A stretch of 46,295 nucleotides of DNA from Chloroflexota bacterium (GTDB lineage Bacteria; Chloroflexota; Limnocylindria; P2-11E). Position 1 is the first letter of the stretch. Each line of letters starts with the position of its first letter. The stretch lies in the NCBI GenBank assembly GCA_005889275.1, contig VBFI01000050.1, positions 1 through 46,295 on the forward strand. The letters run 5' to 3'. Made by a program: the position numbers and the translations under genes. Under the pieces are notes generated by a model, which had not been told where the DNA came from, made no database searches, and saw only the letters and a program-made list of their open reading frames with translations. Positions 20,553-28,724 of the stretch are shown here, piece by piece.

Positions 20553-21269
20553 TCAGGCTGTCGGCGTGCCGAGAAAGCGGTATCCCTTTCCCGCGACCGT
20601 GCCGATGAAGCGCGGGCGGCGCGGATCGTCCTTCAGCTTCAGCCGCAGGTTCTTGATGTGATGGTCGACGACGTTGCTCTCCGCGACGAAGTCGGCGCCC
20701 CAGATCGAGTCGAGGATCTCGTCTCGCCCGATCACCTGGCCCGCGTTCGCCGCGAGCAGGTAGAGCAGCGCGAGCTCGATCGCGGTAAGCCGCGGCCGGT
20801 CCTCGCCCATGCGCACGTTCTGGTTCAGCAGATCCACCTCGAGACCGGCGACCTTGATGACGGGGATGAACGGGACCGCATCGCCGTACGTTCGCCGCAT
20901 GAGGGCGAGCACCCGCGCGACCAGCTCCTCGGGAACGAACGGCACGATGACGATGTCGTCCGCGCCGTGCTGGAACGCGGCGAGCTTGACCGCGAGGTCG
21001 CCGCGGCGGGTGAACGCGATCGTCGGGATCCGCTGTCTGCCGGCGCGGGTCCCGAGGAGCGCGAGCGCCCCCTCGCGCTCGACGTCGACGTCCACGATCA
21101 GCAGATGCGGCTTGAACGCGGTGAGCAGGCGATCCGCTTCGTCGACCGAGGTCGCGGTTGCCGTTTCGTAGAGGCCGTGATTCAACGTCAGCGCGACCAG
21201 CTTCGCGAGAGGCCGGTCGGTCTCCACCACGAGGACCCGGGGCTGCCCCTCCAGATGAGTCTTCGTCAT
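20553..21269 (-). CDS. Atypical OmpR/PhoB-family response regulator (paralog of the downstream gene)
   Basis: VLVVETD...IVDVD...AFTRR...GADDIVIVPF receiver plus winged helix (SNVVDHHIKNLRLKL...GTVAGKGYRF); TACCCT 6 nt before the ATG. Confidence 0.9.
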   Translation of the reverse strand: MTKTHLEGQPRVLVVETDRPLAKLVALTLNHGLYETATATSVDEADRLLTAFKPHLLIVDVDVEREGALALLGTRAGRQRIPTIAFTRRGDLAVKLAAFQHGADDIVIVPFVPEELVARVLALMRRTYGDAVPFIPVIKVAGLEVDLLNQNVRMGEDRPRLTAIELALLYLLAANAGQVIGRDEILDSIWGADFVAESNVVDHHIKNLRLKLKDDPRRPRFIGTVAGKGYRFLGTPTA

Positions 21270-21311
21270 GTGACGAGGGTAGACCCCCCGCGAAGTGCGC
21301 GAGCGCCGCGC

Positions 21312-22163
21312 TCAGCGCCGGAGGACGAGGCCGATCTTGCCGAAGGTCGCGCGCGGCTCGGCGAAGACCTTCACGCCGTTCGCTCCGTCGCGCACGAGAT
21401 CGGGGGTGTGGTTCTCCGCCGCGAACTCGATCTCCGCGAGCTGAGTGTGAGCGGCAAGAAGGCGACTGCCCATCTCGTGCACGAGGTGCTGGATCGAGCG
21501 GCTGTTGAACTCGTGGAACGTCCGCTCGATCTCGTCGCGGACCGCGCGCGGTCCAAGGAGACCGAGCCCCTCGCCGACGCCGTCGCGCAGGTCGGCGTAC
21601 CGCCACCACGCATCGAGATGGATCGTGAGCGGGCGATCCACGAGCTCGGGAAGGCTCGTGTACGCGTCGCGGGCGAACGACGCGAACGAGCTTCCCGTCG
21701 TCTTCACGAGGATCATGCCTTCCCAGCCGCTTCGCGCCGCCGTGATCTCGGCCCGGCCTCCTCTCCCGTCGAGCTCGACTCGGGCGACCGCCCCGTCGCT
21801 TCGCGTCGAGCGGAACAGGACCGGGCTCGGACCGCGGTCGCCCGACGCGCCGTCGAGCGGGACCTCGCGAGCCGAGACGCGCAGTACCTCCATGACCGGA
21901 TAGGTCTCGAGGAAATGCCGCCCGAGGAACGCGCACAACCCGAGGAGTGTGGAGCCGCCGTACTCGGCCGCCATCGCGTAGATGAAGTTCTTCATCGTGT
22001 CCGTCGCGACCACTTCGCGGTTGTCGCCCTCGGTGTACGCGCGGAGGAACCGCTCGCCGGTGACGTCGACGTCCACCGACGCCGCGAGCGGCGCCAGGTC
22101 GCGCCCGCCGAGCCGGTAGAAGACCACGTGGGCCTTGCCGTAGCTGATCTCGGTCCCCGTCAT
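21312..22163 (-). CDS. uox: Urate oxidase (cofactor-independent uricase)
   Basis: SYGK, YTEGDNREVVATDTMKN, VKTTGSSFASF.RDAYTSLPE..DRPL and SRSIQ motifs. Confidence 0.95.
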   Translation of the reverse strand: MTGTEISYGKAHVVFYRLGGRDLAPLAASVDVDVTGERFLRAYTEGDNREVVATDTMKNFIYAMAAEYGGSTLLGLCAFLGRHFLETYPVMEVLRVSAREVPLDGASGDRGPSPVLFRSTRSDGAVARVELDGRGGRAEITAARSGWEGMILVKTTGSSFASFARDAYTSLPELVDRPLTIHLDAWWRYADLRDGVGEGLGLLGPRAVRDEIERTFHEFNSRSIQHLVHEMGSRLLAAHTQLAEIEFAAENHTPDLVRDGANGVKVFAEPRATFGKIGLVLRR

Positions 22164-22612
22164 GGGCGCGCGCGGAGCCGGTCGGCGGCGATCGCGAGAA
22201 ATTCCTCGATCCCGGCCGCGAGCTCGGGCTCGCGATCGTGCGTCAGACGTTCGCGCAGGACCGTCGCGATCGCGGCCTTCGTGCGCCCGTTCACCCAGAC
22301 GACGAACCGGAAGCCGAAGCGTCGCTCGTAGAGCTCGTTGAGCCTGCCCAGCTCTTTCGTCACGTCGGCGTCCGCGTCTTCGCCCTGCTCCCGGCGCGAG
22401 AGCGCGGAGAGGGTGGCGCGGTCGGCCCCGATGCGGGGATGGGCGTCGAGCACCGCGATGCGCTCCGTCTCGCTCATTCGGGCGAGCTCCAAGCGGGCGG
22501 CCGCCACGATGGCCAGAGGTGAGGCCGCGGGCCCGACCGACCTGGCGACCCGCTCCGCGAGCATCGGCGCGCGCTCGAATACCTTCTCGAGGTCCGCGCG
22601 CACGATCGTCAC
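22160..22612 (-). CDS. uraD: OHCU decarboxylase
   Basis: VFERAP, AHPRIG, SRREQ and LNELYERRFGFRFVVWVNG motifs; overlaps uraH and uox by 4 nt. Confidence 0.9.
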   Translation of the reverse strand: MTIVRADLEKVFERAPMLAERVARSVGPAASPLAIVAAARLELARMSETERIAVLDAHPRIGADRATLSALSRREQGEDADADVTKELGRLNELYERRFGFRFVVWVNGRTKAAIATVLRERLTHDREPELAAGIEEFLAIAADRLRARP

Positions 22613-22902
22613 GATCCGCGGTAGGTCACGAGGCCGAACGGGGAGAGCAGCAGCGGGACGTGATAGTGCGCCTCGGTCCCCACCTGCACGTCGAGGGCGA
22701 CCCGCGCGAAGAATCCGCTCGCGAGCTCGAAGACGATGCGATACCTGCCTGCCGCGAGCGAGGCCGCGAGCTCGCGGACACGGCCTTCTCCGTCGGTGAC
22801 CGCGTGCGCGATGACCGTGCCGTCCTTTTCGAGCGCGACGCGCACCCCCGCCGCCGGACGGCCGCTCGCCGTATCGAGCACATGCGTGGAGAGGGACGCC
22901 AT
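22609..22902 (-). CDS. uraH: 5-hydroxyisourate hydrolase (transthyretin-like)
   Basis: LSTHVLDTASGRPAAG and HYHVPLLLSPFG motifs, C-terminal YRGS. Confidence 0.95.
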   Translation of the reverse strand: MASLSTHVLDTASGRPAAGVRVALEKDGTVIAHAVTDGEGRVRELAASLAAGRYRIVFELASGFFARVALDVQVGTEAHYHVPLLLSPFGLVTYRGS

Positions 22903-22927
22903 GAGCGGCGGGTATCGTACGCCCGCG
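22903..22927. promoter_or_regulatory. Putative bidirectional promoter with overlapping -10 hexamers
   Basis: Only 25 nt between divergent ATGs; TATCGT on + (22913-22918) and TACGAT on - (22919-22914); no SD on either side. Confidence 0.5.
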
Positions 22928-23341
22928 ATGCGCACCCTCCGGATCACGGCCGGCCCCTTCACGTTCACGGCGGCTCTCGAGGAGCGCGCGGCGCCGAAGA
23001 CCGTCGCCGCGATCCGCAGGCTCCTTCCGCTGCGGAGCAAGGTGATCCATTGCCGCTGGAGCGGCGAATCGACCTGGGTGCCGATGGGTGAGCAGCGGCT
23101 CGACGTCGCCTTCGAGAACCACACGAGCCATCCCGCGCCCGGTCAGATGCTCGTGTACCCCGGTGGGATCTCGGAGATGGAATTCCTCTTCCCGTACGGC
23201 GCCACGCTGTTCTCGAGCAAGGTCGGTCAGCTCGCGGGCAATCACTTCGCGACGGTGGTCGAAGGGAACGAGCACCTCGCCGAGCTTGGGCACCTGGTGC
23301 TCTGGGAGGGGGCTCAGGACTTCCGCATCGAGGAAGGATGA
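22928..23341 (+). CDS. DUF3830 family protein (cyclophilin-like fold)
   Basis: APKTVAAIRRLLP, IHCRWSGE, ENHTSHPAPGQMLVYPGGISE and SKVGQLAGNHF motifs. Confidence 0.85.
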   Translation: MRTLRITAGPFTFTAALEERAAPKTVAAIRRLLPLRSKVIHCRWSGESTWVPMGEQRLDVAFENHTSHPAPGQMLVYPGGISEMEFLFPYGATLFSSKVGQLAGNHFATVVEGNEHLAELGHLVLWEGAQDFRIEEG

Positions 23342-24729
23342 GCCCGCGCGCCGACCTCGCGATCCGGGGCGCGATCGTCATCCAGGACGGCGCCTTTGCG
23401 CGGGACATCCTCGTGACGGGCGGACGCATCGCCGCGCTCGTCGAGTCGGGGGCGGCGAGCGCCGAGGAGGAGATCGACGCGAGCGGGTTGCTCGCCCTGC
23501 CGGGGATCGTCGACGCCCACGTCCACTTCAACGATCCAGGGCGCGCGGATTGGGAGGGATGGGCCCGTGGAAGCCGCGCCGCCGCGGCCGGCGGGACGAC
23601 GACGGTCATCGACATGCCGCTGAACTCCGTGCCTCCGGTCCTCGACGGCCCGTCGTTCGATGCCAAGCGCGCCGCCGGCGAGCGCGCGTCGGTCGTCGAC
23701 TTCGCGCTCTGGGGAGGGATCGTCCGCGCGGATCCGGTCGCGCTTGGCGAGCTCGCGGAGCGGGGCGCGGTCGGCGTGAAGGGATTCATGTGCGAGAGCG
23801 GTGTCCCGGAGCTCCCGGCCCTCCCCGACGGAGGCCTCGTCGCGGCGATGCGGGCGGCCGCCGACGCCGGTCTGCTCGTGGCGCTGCATGCCGAGGACAG
23901 CGCGCTCGTGGCCGAAGCGACCGCCCGCGTGCGGGCCGCCGGCCGGCGCGATGCGGCGGCCTGGGCCGAGTCGCGCCCGCCGCTCGTCGAGGTGCGTGCG
24001 GTCGCGCGCGCGTGCACCGCCGCGCGCGAGGCCGCGGCGCGCCTGCACATCGTGCATCTCGCCGCCGTGGAGGCGCTCGGGGCGGTCGGCGCGGCGCGGC
24101 GGGAAGGGACGGACGTGACCGTCGAGACCTGCCCGCACTATCTCGTGTTCGACGAAGCGGACGTCGCGCGCGCGGGGCCGTCGCTGAAATGCGCTCCGCC
24201 GATCCGCGACCGGGCGAACGGCGATGGCCTCTGGCGCGCGGTGTCCGACGGTCGGATCGACCTCGTCGCGTCGGACCACTCGCCCTGCGCGCCGGAGCTG
24301 AAAGCGCGGGGCGCCGGCGATGTCTTCGCCGCGTGGGGCGGCGTCGCGGGCGCGCAGTCGCTCTTGTGTGCGCTCTTCACCGAGGCGACGCGTCGGGCCG
24401 CGGGAACGCTCGACGCGCGGAAGATCGCGGGGTTCGTGGCCTGGCGTCTGGCGACGAAGCCCGCGAAGCGCTTCGGGCTCTGGCCTCGGAAGGGCGCTCT
24501 CGTCCCAGGCGCGGACGCCGACGTGGTGCTGTTCGATCCCGCGCGCGAATGGACCCTCGATGCCGAGGACTCGCTCACCGGCGGGATCAGTCCGTACGTC
24601 GGTCGGCGCTTCCGCGGCGCCGTCGTACGAACGCTCGTTCGGGGTCGTACGGTGTTCCGCGAAGGGAGCGTCACGCGCGAGGCTGGCGGGCGATTCATCC
24701 CGCGGATGGAGGAAGGCGCGAGAGGATGA
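23338..24729 (+). CDS. allB: Allantoinase
   Basis: DAHVHFNDPGRADWEG, AAGGTTTVIDMPLNS, VKGFM, HAED, ETCPHYL, KCAPPIR, SDHSP and AWGGVAG motifs; urate pathway context. Confidence 0.9.
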   Translation: MSPRADLAIRGAIVIQDGAFARDILVTGGRIAALVESGAASAEEEIDASGLLALPGIVDAHVHFNDPGRADWEGWARGSRAAAAGGTTTVIDMPLNSVPPVLDGPSFDAKRAAGERASVVDFALWGGIVRADPVALGELAERGAVGVKGFMCESGVPELPALPDGGLVAAMRAAADAGLLVALHAEDSALVAEATARVRAAGRRDAAAWAESRPPLVEVRAVARACTAAREAAARLHIVHLAAVEALGAVGAARREGTDVTVETCPHYLVFDEADVARAGPSLKCAPPIRDRANGDGLWRAVSDGRIDLVASDHSPCAPELKARGAGDVFAAWGGVAGAQSLLCALFTEATRRAAGTLDARKIAGFVAWRLATKPAKRFGLWPRKGALVPGADADVVLFDPAREWTLDAEDSLTGGISPYVGRRFRGAVVRTLVRGRTVFREGSVTREAGGRFIPRMEEGARG

Positions 24730-25982
24730 GCACGGTCAAGACCGCGGAGCTCGTCGCGATCGACGAACGCCGGCTGCTCCGCCGGCTCGATGATCTGGCG
24801 CAGCGCGGCGCGCTCCCCGGCGGGGGCATCTTCCGCGCGCTGTACACGCCCGCATGGACCTCGGCGATGGAGCTCGTCACCACGTGGCTGAAAGAGGGAC
24901 AGCTGCTCACGCGGCGCGACGCCGTCGGGAACGTGTGGGGACGCATCGAAGGGTCTCGCGGCGGCCGTGCGATCGTGACCGGCTCGCACATCGACACGGT
25001 CCGCGGGGGCGGCGCGCTTGACGGCGCGCTCGGCCTGGTCGCCGGCATCGAGGCGGTCACGAGCCTCTGGGAGCGGTTCGGCAGGCCGACGCGGACCCTC
25101 GAATGCGTCGCGATCTGCGAAGAAGAGGGAAGCCGTTTCGATACGAACTTCTGGGGCGCCCGCGCGATCGCCGACCGGATCGAGCCAAACGAGGCGGAGC
25201 GGACGCGCGACGCCGCGGGCACGTCCCTGGCCGATGCGATGCGCTCCGTCGGCCTCGACCCGGCGAACGCGGTCCAGGCCGTGCGGCGCGACATCGACGT
25301 CTTCGTCGAGCTGCACATCGAGCAGGGCCCAGTCCTCGAGGACCATGGCCCGCGGCTCGGTGTGGTGACCACGATCACCGGCACGATCCATCAGGAGATC
25401 GTCGTGCGCGGGCAGCCCGACCATGCCGGCGCGATGGCGATGAGCCGCCGACACGACGCGCTCGTCGGCGCGTCCGCGATGACTCTCGCGATCGCGGAGC
25501 TCGCGACGCGCATGGGTGATCCCGCCGTGGCGACCGTGGGGACCATCGTGGTCGAGCCGGCGCAGGTGAACGTCGTTCCCGGCATCGCGCGCTTCACGGT
25601 CGACGCGCGTCATCCGGATGCTCCCCGCCGGACCGAGCTCATCACCCAGATCGGGGATGCCTGCAAGGCCGCGGCGCGCGAACGTGGTCTCGTCGTGGAG
25701 ATCCGCACCTTGCGCGACCGGCCGCCCGTCACGCTGAGCCCGCGCGTCGCCGACGTCCTCCGCCGCGCGTGCCGCGCCGCGGGTCTCGACCCGCGCGACA
25801 TGGCGAGCGGCGCCGGCCACGACGCGCAGGTCCTCGCGGCCGCCGCGAACACCGGCATGCTCTTCGTGCCGAGCATCGGCGGTCGCTCGCACTGTCCAGA
25901 GGAGGCGACGGCCGCGGAGGACGTCGTCCTCGGCACGCGCGCGCTCGCGTCCGCGCTGCGCGAGCTCGCCTACCAGCAATGA
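24726..25982 (+). CDS. allC: Allantoate amidohydrolase (M20 hydantoinase/carbamoylase family)
   Basis: GSHIDTV, DGALG, EEEGSRF, ELHIEQGP, HAG, SGAGHDA and GRSHCPEE motifs; follows allB with an ATGA overlap. Confidence 0.8.
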   Translation: MSTVKTAELVAIDERRLLRRLDDLAQRGALPGGGIFRALYTPAWTSAMELVTTWLKEGQLLTRRDAVGNVWGRIEGSRGGRAIVTGSHIDTVRGGGALDGALGLVAGIEAVTSLWERFGRPTRTLECVAICEEEGSRFDTNFWGARAIADRIEPNEAERTRDAAGTSLADAMRSVGLDPANAVQAVRRDIDVFVELHIEQGPVLEDHGPRLGVVTTITGTIHQEIVVRGQPDHAGAMAMSRRHDALVGASAMTLAIAELATRMGDPAVATVGTIVVEPAQVNVVPGIARFTVDARHPDAPRRTELITQIGDACKAAARERGLVVEIRTLRDRPPVTLSPRVADVLRRACRAAGLDPRDMASGAGHDAQVLAAAANTGMLFVPSIGGRSHCPEEATAAEDVVLGTRALASALRELAYQQ

Positions 25983-27301
25983 GCACGCTGCTGCGCGGCG
26001 GCACGCTCCTCCCGCTCAAAGACCATCCACGTCCGATGTGGGGCGATCTCCTTGTCTCCGGCACGCGCATCGCCGCGATCGGGAAGATCGAGACGACGCC
26101 GGCCGACGCCGAGGTCGTCGACATCTCGGGTTGCGTCGTCATGCCGGGCATCGTCCAGACGCACGTGCACCTCGTGCAGACGCTGTTTCGCGGTCTCGCC
26201 GAGGACATGCCACTCCTGCAGTGGCTGCGCGCGCGGGTCTGGCCGCTCGAGGCCGCGCTGGACGAAGCATCGCTCCGCGCGAGCGTGCGGCTCGGGATCC
26301 TCGACCTGCTCCTCACCGGCACGACGACCGTCCTCGACATGGGCACGACGAAGCTCGGCGACATCGTCGCCGAGGAGCTCGTGCGGAGCGGGCTGCGCGC
26401 TCGGTTCGGCCAGGCGATGATGGACGCGGGCGACGGCGTACCCGCGGGTCTTCTCGAGACGACACGCTCGTCCCTCGACGCCGCCGCCGCTCTCACGAAG
26501 CGCTGGCACAAGGCGTCGAGCGGGCGGATCGGCTACGTGTACATGCCGCGCTTCGCGCTCTCTTGCACGCGCGAGCTGCTCGAGGCCACGACGCAGCTCG
26601 CGAAGCTCAGCGATCTCCTTGTGCACACGCACTCGAACGAGAGCGTCGAGGAGCGCAACGCCGTGGTCATGGCGACCGGTCGCACCCCGGTCCAGTACCT
26701 CCTCGACACCGGGATCGCGTGCGAGCGCGCGATCATCGCCCATGGCGTCCACCTCGACGATCAGGAGATCGATATCCTGCGGACGACGAAGACGTCGGTG
26801 GCGCACTGCCCCTCGTCGAACCTCAAGCTCGCCTCGGGCATCGCGCAGGTGGCGAGGCTGCGTTCGATGAGGATCACCGTCGGGCTCGGCGCGGACGGCG
26901 CGGCGTGCAACAACCAGCTCGACGCGTTCGAGGAGATGCGCCTCGCGACGCTCCTCGCGCGCGTCGTGAGCGGGATGGGAACACTCACCGCCGCCGACGC
27001 GATGGTCCTCGCGACCCGGGAGGGCGCGAAGATGCTGAAGCTCGACGGCGAGATCGGAACCCTCGAGCAGGGCAAGCGCGCGGACCTGCTCGTGCTCGAC
27101 GTGACGAAGCTCGACGGGCCGGGCGGCGATCCCGCCGCACGGATCCTTTTCGGCGGCGGCTCGCGTTCGGTGCGGCACGTCCTCGTGGACGGTGAGTTCC
27201 TCGTCCGCGACGGAGTCGCCACGAAGATGGACGCGAACGAGGTCCGCGCGAAGGCCGGAGAGCAGCTCCAGCCGCTTCTGCAGCGCGCCGGCCTGGTCTA
27301 G
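25979..27301 (+). CDS. Amidohydrolase-superfamily purine (nucleoside) deaminase, 5'-deoxyadenosine/MTA-SAH deaminase-like
   Basis: QTHVHLVQTLFRGLAED, HTHSNE, AHGVHL, HCPSSNLKLASG and GLGADGAACNN motifs. Confidence 0.8.
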   Translation: MSTLLRGGTLLPLKDHPRPMWGDLLVSGTRIAAIGKIETTPADAEVVDISGCVVMPGIVQTHVHLVQTLFRGLAEDMPLLQWLRARVWPLEAALDEASLRASVRLGILDLLLTGTTTVLDMGTTKLGDIVAEELVRSGLRARFGQAMMDAGDGVPAGLLETTRSSLDAAAALTKRWHKASSGRIGYVYMPRFALSCTRELLEATTQLAKLSDLLVHTHSNESVEERNAVVMATGRTPVQYLLDTGIACERAIIAHGVHLDDQEIDILRTTKTSVAHCPSSNLKLASGIAQVARLRSMRITVGLGADGAACNNQLDAFEEMRLATLLARVVSGMGTLTAADAMVLATREGAKMLKLDGEIGTLEQGKRADLLVLDVTKLDGPGGDPAARILFGGGSRSVRHVLVDGEFLVRDGVATKMDANEVRAKAGEQLQPLLQRAGLV

Positions 27302-28341
27302 GCGGTGACGCGCTTCAGCGCGTTCACGTTGAAGGCGGGGACGGGGCGGGTGAGTCCCTTGAGCGCGAGCTCCCCGACCGGTGACGCGTCGACCTCGTCC
27401 TCGAGGGCGCTCAGGAGGCGCTGGCTGATGAGGATCTGTCCCGGCTCGGCCGCCGCGGAGAGTCGCGACGCGAGGATCACGACGTTGCCGACCGCCCCGT
27501 AGTCGTAACGGCCCTCGAAGCCGATCCGGCCGAGCGTCGCGTAGCCGACGGCGACGCCCACACCGAACCCCACCGGATAGCCCTTCTTGCGCCAGCCAAC
27601 TGCGAGCGCGTCGAATCGCTCGCGCATCGCGACTGCCATCTGCACGGCGCGCAGCTCATGGCCCTCGGTGGGTGCCGGGTCGTTGAACCAGACCATGAGG
27701 CCGTCGCCGGCGAAGTGCTCGAGCGTGCCGCCGAATCGCACGATCTCTTCGCCCATCGCGCGCTGATACGAACGCAGCAGCGAGAGCGCCTCCTCCGGCT
27801 CGGCCGTCTCGCTGAACGCCGTGAACCCTCGGAGATCGCAGAAGACGACCGTGATCTCGCGACGGTGCCCCGCCAGCAGGGCCTCGCCGTCGGCGGACGA
27901 AACGATCGCGGCGATCTGCGGGGAAAGGTAGCGGGCGAGCTGGCTCTTCTGACGCTCGATCGTGTCGTGGTACTCCTTGATCCGAAGGAGCGACCGCACG
28001 CGGACGGCAAGCTCGTGCTGCGAGACCGGCTTCGGGATGAAGTCGTCGGCGCCGGACTCGAGCGCCCGCACCCGGTCCTGCTCCATGCTCGCGGTCATCA
28101 GCACGACCGGCAGGAAACTCGTGTCCGGGCTCGCGCGAAGGCGCCGGGTCAGCTCGTAGCCGTCCATCCCGGGCATGAGGATGTCCAGCAACACGAGGTC
28201 CGGCGGGCGCTCGGCGATGGCGCGAAGAGCTTCGTCGCCGGAGGCCGCGGTCACGACCTCGTACCCGTCCCGAGACAGGAGGGCTTCGAGCAGGCGGAGG
28301 TTCTGCGGCGTGTCGTCGACCGCGAGGATTCGTGCGCTCAT
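27298..28341 (-). CDS. Response regulator with class III nucleotidyl cyclase output domain
   Basis: Canonical REC (VDD, LLDILMP, T, KP) plus cyclase (FCDLRGFT, FAGDG, LASRL, LKG). Confidence 0.92.
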   Translation of the reverse strand: MSARILAVDDTPQNLRLLEALLSRDGYEVVTAASGDEALRAIAERPPDLVLLDILMPGMDGYELTRRLRASPDTSFLPVVLMTASMEQDRVRALESGADDFIPKPVSQHELAVRVRSLLRIKEYHDTIERQKSQLARYLSPQIAAIVSSADGEALLAGHRREITVVFCDLRGFTAFSETAEPEEALSLLRSYQRAMGEEIVRFGGTLEHFAGDGLMVWFNDPAPTEGHELRAVQMAVAMRERFDALAVGWRKKGYPVGFGVGVAVGYATLGRIGFEGRYDYGAVGNVVILASRLSAAAEPGQILISQRLLSALEDEVDASPVGELALKGLTRPVPAFNVNALKRVTA

Positions 28342-28724
28342 CGGTTGCGTCCCTTGGCGGAGAGCCGCCGTACCTCGGCCGCGAACGTACGGACCTCGAC
28401 GGGCTTTTGCATGAAAGCGTCGAACCCCGCGGCTTCGAACCGATCACGATCGGCCTGCATGACCGACGCGGTCAGGGCGACGATGGGGATCCCCGACGTA
28501 CGGTCATCTTCACGGAGCTTCCGCAGCGCGGCGATCCCGTCCATCCCCGGGAGCTGGATGTCCATCAGCACGATATCCGGGTGCTCGCGGACCGCGATGG
28601 CGATGCCGTCCTCGGCGCTCGTCGCCTCGAGCGTGCGCATGCCGGCGTACTGCAGCAGGTCGCGGGCGAGCTTCATGTTCTTCTCGTTGTCCTCGACGAT
28701 CAGGACGAGATCCCCATCGCTCAT
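28338..28724 (-). CDS. Single-domain response regulator (DivK/CheY-like)
   Basis: VEDNEKN, LMDIQLPGMDG, ALTA and MQKP motifs; 128 aa. Confidence 0.92.
   Translation of the reverse strand: MSDGDLVLIVEDNEKNMKLARDLLQYAGMRTLEATSAEDGIAIAVREHPDIVLMDIQLPGMDGIAALRKLREDDRTSGIPIVALTASVMQADRDRFEAAGFDAFMQKPVEVRTFAAEVRRLSAKGRNR

Noticed and set aside
23088-25982. 964-aa ORF-track call suggesting a giant AllC fusion (likewise 16638..18776 for PyrD, 8919..10484 for PyrC, 22160..23293 for UraD, 34625..35449 for the Fe-S subunit)
   Set aside because: The extensions overlap upstream real genes in another frame and are low-complexity; true starts coincide with ATGA/GTGA overlaps at the upstream stops.
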